The translations under genes and the position numbers were made by a program. A stretch of 57,165 bases of DNA, from positions 1 to 57,165 of the IMG/VR virus record IMGVR_UViG_3300032087_006388; one strand, given 5' to 3'. The number at the start of each line of letters is the position of its first letter. The stretch's first letter is position 1. The notes under the pieces are model-generated. The model worked only from the letters and a program-made list of their open reading frames with translations. It had not been told where the DNA came from and did not search any database. Shown here piece by piece: positions 1 through 8,366 of this stretch. The DNA comes from a virus. Its lineage: Duplodnaviria > Caudoviricetes.

Positions 1-56
1 AAACTGATGTTTAACTATATAATTATCAATTATTTACAACTTTTTCATCATAATGC

Positions 57-85
57 TTGACATATCATGCAAATTAGCCTAGTTT
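57..85 (+). promoter_or_regulatory. sigma70-type promoter, probably leaderless
   Basis: TTGACA(57)-17-TAGTTT(80), ATG at 93. Confidence 0.7.
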
Positions 86-92
86 AGTTGAC

Positions 93-353
93 ATGAAGAA
101 AATTGACTTACAATCACACATGAGAAAATTATTTAAAGAACAAGGTCTTTTAGATCATTTACCAACATACGAAGAATATACTAAAGATATGCCATTGGTA
201 GAGCAAATTAAATTCTATTATGATGTTGACATTGATAACTTCGTAGGTGACCCTTGGGAAGTGGTTGCAGAAGTTGCAGAAAATCCATTATGGTTAAATG
301 AATTTCACGATAACTTTGAAGAATATTTAAGAGAAAGGGATTATATCAAATGA
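93..353 (+). CDS. hypothetical early protein
   Basis: 86 aa ORF directly behind a promoter; ATGA overlap with next gene. Confidence 0.8.
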   Translation: MKKIDLQSHMRKLFKEQGLLDHLPTYEEYTKDMPLVEQIKFYYDVDIDNFVGDPWEVVAEVAENPLWLNEFHDNFEEYLRERDYIK

Positions 354-580
354 GTAAAATTGTTCACATGGTTTGGAATGTTAAAGATCAAGATATGTTA
401 GACACTATCATTAGAATGGATAGAGAGCAAGGGTATTCTGCTCCCGACTATGGTGCGTCTTTTTATATAGGAAAAAGTGTTGAATATATTCGTGAGGTTT
501 ATGAGCAATATTTAGGTCTTGAGTCTTTAAGCAATAATGAATTAATTGAAAATGGTTATTATAGATTGGAAATAGCATGA
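350..580 (+). CDS. hypothetical early protein
   Basis: 76 aa; ATGA overlaps on both sides. Confidence 0.8.
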   Translation: MSKIVHMVWNVKDQDMLDTIIRMDREQGYSAPDYGASFYIGKSVEYIREVYEQYLGLESLSNNELIENGYYRLEIA

Positions 581-789
581 AAGTAACAAGTGTTAGATAT
601 TTTGAAACAAATAGAGGCATTGGTTATCAATGCAAGACAAATATAAAAGGCATAGAGGTGCTTAATGATGGAAATGGCGGGGGAACTTATGTTGATGGTG
701 CATATAAAGATATTAAATTACTTAAAGACTATACAGAGGATGATTTAGAGAAATTAATAGATCAATATGAAAGTAATAATAATGATTGA
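577..789 (+). CDS. hypothetical early protein (NDGxGG motif)
   Basis: 70 aa, translationally coupled; YFETxRG and NDGNGG motifs of the kind seen in small phage proteins. Confidence 0.8.
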   Translation: MKVTSVRYFETNRGIGYQCKTNIKGIEVLNDGNGGGTYVDGAYKDIKLLKDYTEDDLEKLIDQYESNNND

Positions 790-888
790 TGAAGAAAATG
801 AAGATTTATGGTTGACAGGCATGAGTTAATGTGTTTATATTGAGTACATATTATTAATTATACGTTTACAAAAGGAGAAAATATCGAC

Positions 889-1221
889 ATGAACATTACA
901 ACATTATCAGCAGATGAAGTTTGGAATAAAACAAATGGAACTCGTTATCAAGATACAATCGAAACAAGTTATTTTAATTTAATTAATTTATTTGGTTTGC
1001 CAACATTCGGCAAAGGAGATAAGACATTATGCGAGTGGGTTTTACAAAATACTTTGGGTGATATTGTAACTATTTACGATTGGAAATCCAATACAAATGA
1101 TCCCGAACTCGTAAGTCGTTGGAACTTAGGGGGTAACGGAGATACTTATTCAAATGTTTTTCTCGATCATGTTATGGAAAAAATTAAAAAAAGTGTTGAC
1201 GCAGAGAATCTTGTATGCTAA
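889..1221 (+). CDS. conserved phage hypothetical protein (TIYDWK motif)
   Basis: 110 aa; SD AAGGAG at 872-877; promoter TTGACA at 812. Confidence 0.85.
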   Translation: MNITTLSADEVWNKTNGTRYQDTIETSYFNLINLFGLPTFGKGDKTLCEWVLQNTLGDIVTIYDWKSNTNDPELVSRWNLGGNGDTYSNVFLDHVMEKIKKSVDAENLVC

Positions 1222-1278
1222 TTTATGAGATATTCAACAATAGAGGGAGTAATTAGACAAACAATAGGAGAACCAATT

Positions 1279-1509
1279 ATGCAGTATCAAACAGAAAAAA
1301 TGATTTTTCGTATTCCATCAAATGGTGGATATAATTATAGATTTAACGAATGTGTAGATCAAATTGCTGATCTTATAGATCGTTATTTTGACACTCAAAT
1401 AGAAGATGTTAGCAGAATAAGTGATTTACTTGACAGGGAAATTTGTGATGCAATAGATAGACAAGCAAAACAAAACGAATTAGATAATATAAATGGTGGT
1501 TCAAAATGA
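1279..1509 (+). CDS. hypothetical protein
   Basis: ORF 1225..1509; start moved to 1279 because of SD AGGAG and a promoter (TTGACG 1196) overlapping the upstream ATG. Confidence 0.7.
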   Translation: MQYQTEKMIFRIPSNGGYNYRFNECVDQIADLIDRYFDTQIEDVSRISDLLDREICDAIDRQAKQNELDNINGGSK

Positions 1510-1718
1510 GCAATTCATATTTTCAAAAATTACAAGAGTCTATGCAAGAAGAACTTGACAATGATGCAATGACAATTAAATTATATCATTATACAGATAA
1601 TGGTGATAAAGTATATGATACAGATTCAATCAGAGCAGAGTTTGAAGATAAATTAAATGTTTTGGATGTTAAAAATTCTATATATTATGGAAAAAATCCC
1701 GAAATCGAATTAAGATAA
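1506..1718 (+). CDS. hypothetical acidic protein
   Basis: 70 aa, ATGA-coupled. Confidence 0.75.
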   Translation: MSNSYFQKLQESMQEELDNDAMTIKLYHYTDNGDKVYDTDSIRAEFEDKLNVLDVKNSIYYGKNPEIELR

Positions 1719-1737
1719 TTAAACTAATTAAATAATT

Positions 1738-1890
1738 ATGGCAAAATCAGAAATCGCAGGAGCAAAAGGAGTGCCTTTAAAGAAACGTGTATCTCATGGT
1801 GGAAAAAAACCACTTGTTGAGTCATTAACCAATAAGGGTTGTATGGTTCGTCCGAAAGTTAGAAAAGCACAAGAAAGAGGTCGTAATTGA
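1738..1890 (+). CDS. small basic protein, 50 aa (not in ORF track)
   Basis: MAKSEIAGAKGVPLKKRVSHGGKK...RGRN; TGATG overlap with SET gene. Confidence 0.7.
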   Translation: MAKSEIAGAKGVPLKKRVSHGGKKPLVESLTNKGCMVRPKVRKAQERGRN

Positions 1891-2291
1891 TGGATATTAT
1901 AAACTATGTAAATCAACATAAAGTTCATTTAGGTTGTTCTGAAATTCATGGGGTTGGATTGTTTGCTTCAACTAAAATATATGAAGGTGAATTGATTTAT
2001 CGAAACGATTTAGAAAAAGAAGTTTATGCTTTTGAAATATTTGATCTTTTATCTCATGGTGCTAACGCAGATATTATTGAGCAATTAAAAATGTCTCGTT
2101 GTCAAGATAATGATGTATTACATATTCGTCAACCTAATTTTGTAGCATTTTCTGATTATATAAATCATTCTAAAAATTCAAATTGCAAATTGGTAGGTAA
2201 GGATTGGATTGCGACAAAGGAAATAGCAAAAAGTCAAGAGATTTTATTTAATTACAAATCCTTAAATATTGAATACAAGAAAGATTTTTAA
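1890..2291 (+). CDS. SET-domain protein-lysine methyltransferase
   Basis: SEIHGVGLFA (motif I), YINHSKNSN (NHS motif), ATKEIAKSQEILFNY (EL/IxxxY motif). Confidence 0.9.
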   Translation: MDIINYVNQHKVHLGCSEIHGVGLFASTKIYEGELIYRNDLEKEVYAFEIFDLLSHGANADIIEQLKMSRCQDNDVLHIRQPNFVAFSDYINHSKNSNCKLVGKDWIATKEIAKSQEILFNYKSLNIEYKKDF

Positions 2292-2372
2292 AAAAAAATT
2301 TGACAATATTAAATTTATTTGCTAGTTTTAAATTATAACAAAAATTATTAACCTTAAAAATTATATTGCGAA

Positions 2373-2561
2373 ATGAGTAGTAAATCCTTAAAATCAAACA
2401 TAGCAAACAATGTTCTCAATGGCACTTATATTATGCAAAGAAAATGGAACAATTTTGGTTCTGTAATCGAAGATTCAATTTTCGCGCAACAAAGAGAGTT
2501 TCAAAGAAAATTAGTTATAATCCAACAAGCGAAACAAGATAAATTAAACAAAAAGAAATGA
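2373..2561 (+). CDS. hypothetical basic protein
   Basis: 62 aa behind promoter TTGACA(2300)-17-TAGTTT. Confidence 0.7.
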   Translation: MSSKSLKSNIANNVLNGTYIMQRKWNNFGSVIEDSIFAQQREFQRKLVIIQQAKQDKLNKKK

Positions 2562-2839
2562 GGGTAGAAGATTTAGATGATTTAAAATGGTCTACAAAAT
2601 ATGAAATTGGCGATACAACCATTTCTATTATTCAAGGTAAGGGTTGTTTCGGGAAAAGACACTCAAACACCTTTGAGGTGCTTGTATGGGACTCAGATGG
2701 CAATATTCCGTTAGGGTTCAATGAAATTGGCGAGTATATGTCAGAAGACGAGATTATCGAATTAATTCATTCAATTAAGAATTGGAAGTATGGAGATAAA
2801 ACTTGGGCAGAATACCAAAGACATATTTGGGAGAATTAA
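2558..2839 (+). CDS. hypothetical protein, paralogue of next gene
   Basis: shares DxLxWS, SIxQGxGCxGK, NTxEV, GxIPL, WAE with 2845..3261. Confidence 0.85.
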   Translation: MRVEDLDDLKWSTKYEIGDTTISIIQGKGCFGKRHSNTFEVLVWDSDGNIPLGFNEIGEYMSEDEIIELIHSIKNWKYGDKTWAEYQRHIWEN

Positions 2840-2844
2840 TTTAT

Positions 2845-3261
2845 ATGAGCTTTGTTCCGACAGAAGGGTATGTTGATAAAATAGATCAATTATCTTGGTC
2901 AGCAAGGCATCGAGTAGGTAATATTGTTCTTTCTATTTTACAAGGAGAGGGTTGCGTAGGCAAGAAAAAATTAAATACTTATGAAGTATATGCTTCAGAT
3001 CATTTTGGCGAAATACCTTTGTTTAAATCTTCCGTTGGTGCAAGTTATACAGAAAAAGAATTAATTAGTTTAATTAAAATGATAGCTAACTTTGATGGAG
3101 ATTGGGCAGAACACATGAGAACCATAAGTGAAGCAAATGGAATTTATGCTAATTTCAAGCAATTTAAAAGTTTGGGTCAACAAGATATTAAAGATTTAGT
3201 TAAATCAATTAAAGCAGATAAAGCAAATACTAGAAAGAAAACTGATGGATTTATTGAATAA
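2845..3261 (+). CDS. hypothetical protein, paralogue of previous gene
   Basis: ORF 2803..3261; ATG 2845 avoids overlap and matches paralogue N-terminus. Confidence 0.85.
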   Translation: MSFVPTEGYVDKIDQLSWSARHRVGNIVLSILQGEGCVGKKKLNTYEVYASDHFGEIPLFKSSVGASYTEKELISLIKMIANFDGDWAEHMRTISEANGIYANFKQFKSLGQQDIKDLVKSIKADKANTRKKTDGFIE

Positions 3262-3472
3262 TCAAGAAGATTTTATACAAAATGTTTTGTCTTTCGCAGA
3301 ACAAGCGGATAAATTAACGCAACAATACTTAAACGAACAATTCATTGAGATGAATAAAGATTTGACAAATTGGGATAATTTAGATACAAAGGATAAAATG
3401 AATTTAAGACTTGCATTTAAAGAAATTATTAATATGAGCGAGATAGGCAAATTAATAAAAGAAAACTCTTGA
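3245..3472 (+). CDS. hypothetical protein
   Basis: 75 aa in operon. Confidence 0.7.
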   Translation: MDLLNNQEDFIQNVLSFAEQADKLTQQYLNEQFIEMNKDLTNWDNLDTKDKMNLRLAFKEIINMSEIGKLIKENS

Positions 3473-3527
3473 CAAATTATAAATTATAAGGTATATTACA
3501 AACATATTATAAATTATTACAACATAT

Positions 3528-3788
3528 ATGAGATATTCAGTATTCGATAAGTATGGAAATTGGCAAGCAAGCTATTCACATAGCTTCCCGAATGTACCGC
3601 TCAAAACGATCAAGGAATGGGCGATTCATACAGGAAAACTATGTGCAGGGAAAGTCTTTGAGACTATCGTTCCCAAGGATCAACGATACGAACGCAAGGA
3701 ACATTTACTCTATGATTTTACCCATCTTCATAGTAAATTACAAGAACCTTCTAAATACAAGAAGAAACAAGCATCTAATAAACAATAA
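3528..3788 (+). CDS. hypothetical protein
   Basis: 86 aa behind TTGACA(3469)-17-TATATT. Confidence 0.75.
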   Translation: MRYSVFDKYGNWQASYSHSFPNVPLKTIKEWAIHTGKLCAGKVFETIVPKDQRYERKEHLLYDFTHLHSKLQEPSKYKKKQASNKQ

Positions 3789-3918
3789 CTATATATAAAG
3801 AATATAAGGGAATATATACAATAACTTATACAGAGTTTATATACAAATTAAGTTGTTGATTATTATGAGTAATTAGTTTATTTGCAGTAGTGCGCGACTT
3901 AAATATATCCAAATATTA

Positions 3919-3947
3919 ATTATATCACACATTTACAAATTAGTCAA
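3919..3947 (-). promoter_or_regulatory. antisense-oriented sigma70 promoter
   Basis: minus strand TTGACT-17-TATAAT with TGn extended -10. Confidence 0.6.
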
Positions 3948-3956
3948 GCAAAAAAA

Positions 3957-4292
3957 ATGGGAAATGATTTAGAAGAATTTAATAAAGAAAAAGAAGAATA
4001 CATAGAAGAATTAAATATATTAAAGAATGAAATAGATTTAGATTATTTTAATTTAGATACAGAAGATAAAAAAGACTTAAATAAATTGCTTGACATTCAT
4101 ATTAACTTTCTATCTAATGTAGGTAATGAAATATATGATTTGAAATATAAATTAAATAATAATAAACTAAATAAACAAGAAAGAAAAGAAATAGAAGACA
4201 AAGCAAATAGAATATTATTATTTTTTATAGAAGAATTAGAAGAAAGATCAGAAAAATTAACAAAAGAAATAAATAAATACATATTTAAATAA
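3957..4292 (+). CDS. hypothetical coiled-coil protein
   Basis: 111 aa, E/K/L-rich low complexity. Confidence 0.65.
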   Translation: MGNDLEEFNKEKEEYIEELNILKNEIDLDYFNLDTEDKKDLNKLLDIHINFLSNVGNEIYDLKYKLNNNKLNKQERKEIEDKANRILLFFIEELEERSEKLTKEINKYIFK

Positions 4293-4296
4293 ATAA

Positions 4297-4370
4297 GGGT
4301 TCTTAGCTCAGTTGGTTAGAGCATCCGACTCATAATCGGCAGGTCGAGAGTTCAAGTCTCTCAGAACCCA
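4297..4370 (+). tRNA. tRNA with CAU anticodon, most likely tRNA-Ile2 (lysidine type); CCA not encoded
   Basis: cloverleaf: GGGTTCT/AGAACCC acceptor, GCTC/GAGC D arm, loop CTCATAA, T arm GAGAG-TTCAAGT-CTCTC, discriminator A; lacks initiator features. Confidence 0.92.
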
Positions 4371-4421
4371 CTATTAAATTAAATAAATAAAAAACAAAAA
4401 TAAACTAAATAAATAAGAGTT

Positions 4422-4607
4422 ATGAATGAATTAAATAAAACGGCAAACATTGATGTGTTAGAAATGTGGAGAGACGGCAAATATTATGAGGTCGGCAAAG
4501 TAATTAATAGCGAGGCATGGACTCCATCTGAGGTTGCACACTTTGCTTTCTATATGATGAAATATGAAGGCACAAAACAATTAGAAACCTTTTACAAGTT
4601 TTTATAA
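4422..4607 (+). CDS. hypothetical protein
   Basis: 61 aa ORF after tRNA. Confidence 0.7.
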   Translation: MNELNKTANIDVLEMWRDGKYYEVGKVINSEAWTPSEVAHFAFYMMKYEGTKQLETFYKFL

Positions 4608-4696
4608 TATCTAGCGGAATTTAAAATAATTTAATTAATTTTAAAATAATTTAAAAAAGATTTGACATATCCAACTTATTCTAGTATTGTTATAGT

Positions 4697-4858
4697 ATGA
4701 ATGAAAATAAAGAATTATTAGCGGAAATCAAAAATACTTATGAACAAAATATTAAATGGGCAGAAGATGATATTCAATCTGCGTTAGAAGTATTGGGTGA
4801 TTTAATATATGATTTACAAAAATTAGAAGAGGAGTCAGTAGAGTGCGATGTGTTTTAA
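4697..4858 (+). CDS. leaderless small acidic protein, 53 aa (not in ORF track)
   Basis: MNENKELLAEIK...ECDVF; ATG 35 nt from TTGACA(4662). Confidence 0.75.
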   Translation: MNENKELLAEIKNTYEQNIKWAEDDIQSALEVLGDLIYDLQKLEEESVECDVF

Positions 4859-5061
4859 TATTATTTATTCTATTTAATATAGGATGTAATACAAATAATT
4901 ATATAAATAAAGAGTGCCCGATATTATCTCATGTTAAATATACAGATCATAGTTGTCCCGAAGCAGGACATGGAGTGTGTTATGTCTGCTATGATCCAAA
5001 TTTAAATCAATTTAATAAACAAGAAAATATTTCAAAAAATAATTTGACAAATATTAAATAA
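4843..5061 (+). CDS. putative small Cys-rich lipoprotein
   Basis: GTG start with SD GAGGAG; hydrophobic signal then NIG-C lipobox-like; four further Cys incl. CYVC. Confidence 0.6.
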   Translation: MRCVLILFILFNIGCNTNNYINKECPILSHVKYTDHSCPEAGHGVCYVCYDPNLNQFNKQENISKNNLTNIK

Positions 5062-5072
5062 TAGTATATAAT
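5044..5072 (+). promoter_or_regulatory. consensus sigma70 promoter driving ncRNA
   Basis: TTGACA-17-TATAAT, perfect consensus. Confidence 0.85.
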
Positions 5073-5132
5073 AAATAAATAATTGAGAAATAAACTCAAT
5101 CTAAACAAATAAATTGATCTTTTACATTTTAA

Positions 5133-5430
5133 ATAAAACCTAAAGGCATAGGGTCTGTGGATGTCGCAGAACAAAATTGCTCGGTTGCATAATTGTGTTA
5201 AAAAAATAACACTTTAGGTTTTATGACTTTGGAAGGGCTTATAATCCTTCCTGTGGGTGACCCGAATGTCTCTTCGTGTTCGAGATAAGGTATATGCTTC
5301 TTCATGGTGAAGTGCTGATGGACAAATGTCTGAGGTAGGACGACCAATCCAAGTGTAGTGCGAGTAGGTTACACTATTGAACTGATGTTCACGCCGAAAG
5401 TTGAGGGTATTCAGTAGTCCCTCCCCACAT
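5133..5430 (+). ncRNA. large structured non-coding RNA of unknown family
   Basis: no ORF in track; GC-richer than flanks; 13-bp helix 5133-5145/5212-5224, long-range helix 5252-5257/5424-5429, many local hairpins; own promoter and terminator. Confidence 0.75.
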
Positions 5431-5459
5431 CTATTTTATTCCGTGGTTTATCCCCTCCT

Positions 5460-5504
5460 TCCTCCTCTGAGTTCTCCTTTTGGCTCAGGGGAGGATTTTT
5501 TTTT
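5460..5504 (+). terminator. intrinsic terminator
   Basis: TCCTCCTCTGAG/CTCAGGGGAGGA stem plus T9. Confidence 0.85.
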
Positions 5505-5549
5505 GCATTTTATTTGACAGGCATTTGGGTTTTTGTATATATTGTCTGC

Positions 5550-5939
5550 ATGAAATTAACAAAAGCCAACGACCCAAGATATAAAATCAATTTGGATAAA
5601 CCAATTAAAGTGTATCGTAATCTACATAAACAATGTTGGAGTGTTCAACAGGATGGATTAGTTAAAGCCCACACTAATCTAATTAAATTATTTGATTGCG
5701 AATTTATTGTAAATCAAGCGGGCAGGGAAAAAGTAATTAAAGAGAGGAGAAAAAATGTTCATGCATTTATCAAAGGATATCTAAGTGAATTGTTTGATTC
5801 TTTACTAGATTCCAACAGTGGAACCGAAGTAACATACAATCCGTACAAAAACGAATTCTTTTACGAGAAAGAAAGTGGCAACTCAGTGCACAGTGCTGAT
5901 GCAGTACTTCTCGATGATAGAAAAGTTTTTTCATTTTAA
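5550..5939 (+). CDS. conserved phage hypothetical protein (VYRNLH / RKNVHAF motifs)
   Basis: ORF 5514..5939; the TTG at 5514 is the -35 box, leaderless ATG at 5550. Confidence 0.85.
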   Translation: MKLTKANDPRYKINLDKPIKVYRNLHKQCWSVQQDGLVKAHTNLIKLFDCEFIVNQAGREKVIKERRKNVHAFIKGYLSELFDSLLDSNSGTEVTYNPYKNEFFYEKESGNSVHSADAVLLDDRKVFSF

Positions 5940-6011
5940 ATTTGACTTATGGAACTTTTACTTATAATTTTATTTATATTCTTATTATCAACAACATTAC
6001 CTTAATACATT

Positions 6012-6290
6012 ATGAATAATATTACAGCAATCAAAGCAATGACATCATGGATCAACACCAACGGCAGAACTCCTGCTCCCGAAAACTATATAGATTTATA
6101 TTTAGATAAAATAGGTTTTGATAATTTTGTTGAAACAGAAGATGTTGACAATGAAGTAGATTATGTTCTTGATTATGATGAACAAGATGTTTACGAAGAA
6201 ATAGAATTAATGGAAAATAGTGTAAATACATTTTATACGGAAGACTGCGAAAATATGCAAGAATTTGTCAATACATTAATGGAGGGTTAA
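6012..6290 (+). CDS. highly acidic hypothetical protein
   Basis: 92 aa, D/E-rich C-terminal two thirds. Confidence 0.75.
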   Translation: MNNITAIKAMTSWINTNGRTPAPENYIDLYLDKIGFDNFVETEDVDNEVDYVLDYDEQDVYEEIELMENSVNTFYTEDCENMQEFVNTLMEG

Positions 6291-6293
6291 AAT

Positions 6294-6542
6294 ATGGATT
6301 TTGGAGAAGAAAATTTTTCAGCGTGGGGAATTCCCAAGAAAAAAAGAAGAAGCAAGAATGATTATCCCGAACCTGTCGAGCATAAAACTCGATTGGGTGA
6401 AATAAATGAGTTATTAGATAAAAGGATAGATCAAAAGAAAGCATTAGATGAAGCAAATAAAATAAAAGGATCAAATAAGTTGATTTCTGAGATAAATAAG
6501 ACTATAATAGAAATAGACAAAGAATTATATAAACTTAGATAA
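6294..6542 (+). CDS. hypothetical protein
   Basis: 82 aa, SD GGAGG. Confidence 0.75.
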   Translation: MDFGEENFSAWGIPKKKRRSKNDYPEPVEHKTRLGEINELLDKRIDQKKALDEANKIKGSNKLISEINKTIIEIDKELYKLR

Positions 6543-6871
6543 TGTATTTTAATAATGAAAATTCAGGTGAATCAGATGAATTAAATGAATTCTATAAAAA
6601 ATTAGATGAGTCTGTTGATTTTCATTCAAGAAATTTACAAAGCAAAAGTCACGAAGAAGTCGCTAGGTTTATTGCAACAGTAACAAATAGTATAATTGAC
6701 TTGTTAGATCAAATAGATGATGATCAGTTGGCAATTACTCTAACTCAATTAGTTGGCGCCACAATAGGTGGCATGGGTCAAGCAGTATTAGAATTGAGAG
6801 AAGAGAATGATATGTTGAAGCACGATATATTATATAAACTACAAGGGGACATTGATCCCGAATTAAATTAA
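6542..6871 (+). CDS. hypothetical helical protein
   Basis: 109 aa, TAATG coupling. Confidence 0.75.
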   Translation: MYFNNENSGESDELNEFYKKLDESVDFHSRNLQSKSHEEVARFIATVTNSIIDLLDQIDDDQLAITLTQLVGATIGGMGQAVLELREENDMLKHDILYKLQGDIDPELN

Positions 6872-6925
6872 TTAAAAAAAAATTTGACTTTATTTGAATG
6901 TCTGATTAAGGTATTGGTATAGATT

Positions 6926-7807
6926 ATGATTAACCCTCAAACAAAAGGAATAAAAATGAATGTATCAAGTTGTGAATCAGTAAGTGAAGTATTAACCGCA
7001 ATCGGAGCAGAGAATGATTACTCTCTTCGTCCGATTCATGATTTCCCAACCTATCGTGGAGTATTCGATGGCAACGATAATCCTGTCGCTATTGTAAACA
7101 AAACATATAAATTAATGCAACCTGCTAAAGCATTTAGTTATGTAAATGATCTTCGTGAAGAATTAGACATGAAGTTTGATACTGCAGGTTTTACCAAAGG
7201 TGGTCGCAGAATGTATCTTACCTTACGCAAGGAAAATGCTATTGAGATTGACCCTAAAGTTGGCGACACTATGGATGAATTGATTTATTTTTGGACATCA
7301 TTCGATGGTTCTATTCAGCATACTTTAAACAAAATGTTAGAAAGATTGGTCTGCACAAATGGTATGGTAGCTAAAGATGTTCAATCTAGTGTAAAGGTTA
7401 AACATTCTTCTCAAATGGAGTCTAAGTTAGATTCTTATATTTCTAGTGAGATTGAAAACATTAAAGCAACCTACGAAGAAACTAAACAAATTATTTATAG
7501 TTTAGCAGATACTAAGGTTTCTAAGTCTCAAGCTAAGGAAACTATCAATCGCTTATTCGCAGGTGAGAGCAAGAGAGCAGAGAAGACTAGAGAAGATATT
7601 CTTCAGAGATTTACCAATGGTATGGGTAACAGAGGTGAAACTGCTTGGGATTTGCTCAATGGTATTACCGAATACCAAAATCATGGCAAGACATTTCGCT
7701 CAACTGATGGTTCTAGCGCTTCAGAGAATAGATTGACTTCTTTAACTATGGGTCAAGACTCTAACTTGATGCACAGAGTTTGGAGCGAGTTAGTTAGTTT
7801 AAATTAA
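6926..7807 (+). CDS. DUF932-family (phage/plasmid-like) protein, copy 1
   Basis: YKLMQP, TAGFTKGGRR, TSFDGS, RLVCTNG, VKHS, TAWDLLNGITEY; start may be 6956 (SD AAGGA). Confidence 0.85.
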   Translation: MINPQTKGIKMNVSSCESVSEVLTAIGAENDYSLRPIHDFPTYRGVFDGNDNPVAIVNKTYKLMQPAKAFSYVNDLREELDMKFDTAGFTKGGRRMYLTLRKENAIEIDPKVGDTMDELIYFWTSFDGSIQHTLNKMLERLVCTNGMVAKDVQSSVKVKHSSQMESKLDSYISSEIENIKATYEETKQIIYSLADTKVSKSQAKETINRLFAGESKRAEKTREDILQRFTNGMGNRGETAWDLLNGITEYQNHGKTFRSTDGSSASENRLTSLTMGQDSNLMHRVWSELVSLN

Positions 7808-7818
7808 TTTGTTTGGGG

Positions 7819-8070
7819 TTATTGTTGGTACCCCCCCTCCTTCGGGAGGGGGGTTTTTTTGTTTCTGTTTAAATAACGCTCACGCAGGTAATATGGCCAA
7901 AAGAAATAGAAAGCAACATCATCACCATGAAATAAAGCGCGTTCTAATTCAATAGCATACAACTCTTCCCAATTTTTATCTTCTTCTTTAAATAAAGTAT
8001 CACTAGGTTTTAATTTATTTGAATTATTACAAGAGCAAATAAAAAATAATAAAATAAGTAATAACCTCAC
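7819..8070 (-). CDS. putative lipoprotein
   Basis: MRLLLILLFFICSC signal/lipobox; GTGTA motif 9 nt upstream of GTG start. Confidence 0.7.
   Translation of the reverse strand: MRLLLILLFFICSCNNSNKLKPSDTLFKEEDKNWEELYAIELERALFHGDDVAFYFFWPYYLRERYLNRNKKTPLPKEGGYQQ
7830..7860 (+). terminator. intrinsic terminator
   Basis: C-rich/G-rich stem with TTCG loop plus T7. Confidence 0.9.
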
Positions 8071-8263
8071 AAATGTATTTACACTAAATAAAATTTCACA
8101 AATTATAATAAATTGTATAAATAAAACTTGATACCCTTTGGTTAAAATAGTCTAGTACATAACAGGTTGGTATCGGGTGGGTAAGTGGGAATTATATTTT
8201 TTTAAACTTTTAGTTTGACATCAAATAAACTATATGGTTTATTGGTATCAGTTCTTTAATATA

Positions 8264-8366
8264 TGCCAACGTGTTCAACCTTAACTGCAATTAAGGGGAG
8301 ATGAGAGAGGTTTGCTTTGCAGAGTTAACTATCCTCTTGCAGGTTCGACTCCTGCCACGTATGGCA
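8264..8366 (+). ncRNA. tRNA-like small RNA (non-canonical)
   Basis: terminal helix TGCCAACGTG/CACGT-A-TGGCA, canonical T arm GCAGG-TTCGACT-CCTGC, two internal hairpins, own promoter (TTGACA 8215). Confidence 0.7.

Noticed and set aside
3553-3798. Overlapping +1-frame ORF of 81 aa
   Set aside because: frame 3528..3788 has the promoter and leader; no independent support
8279-8296. CTGCAA loop suggesting tRNA-Cys(GCA) or a selenocysteine tRNA
   Set aside because: loop is 6 nt and occupies the D-arm position; no D arm, no UCA anticodon, no CCA; kept only as tRNA-like RNA
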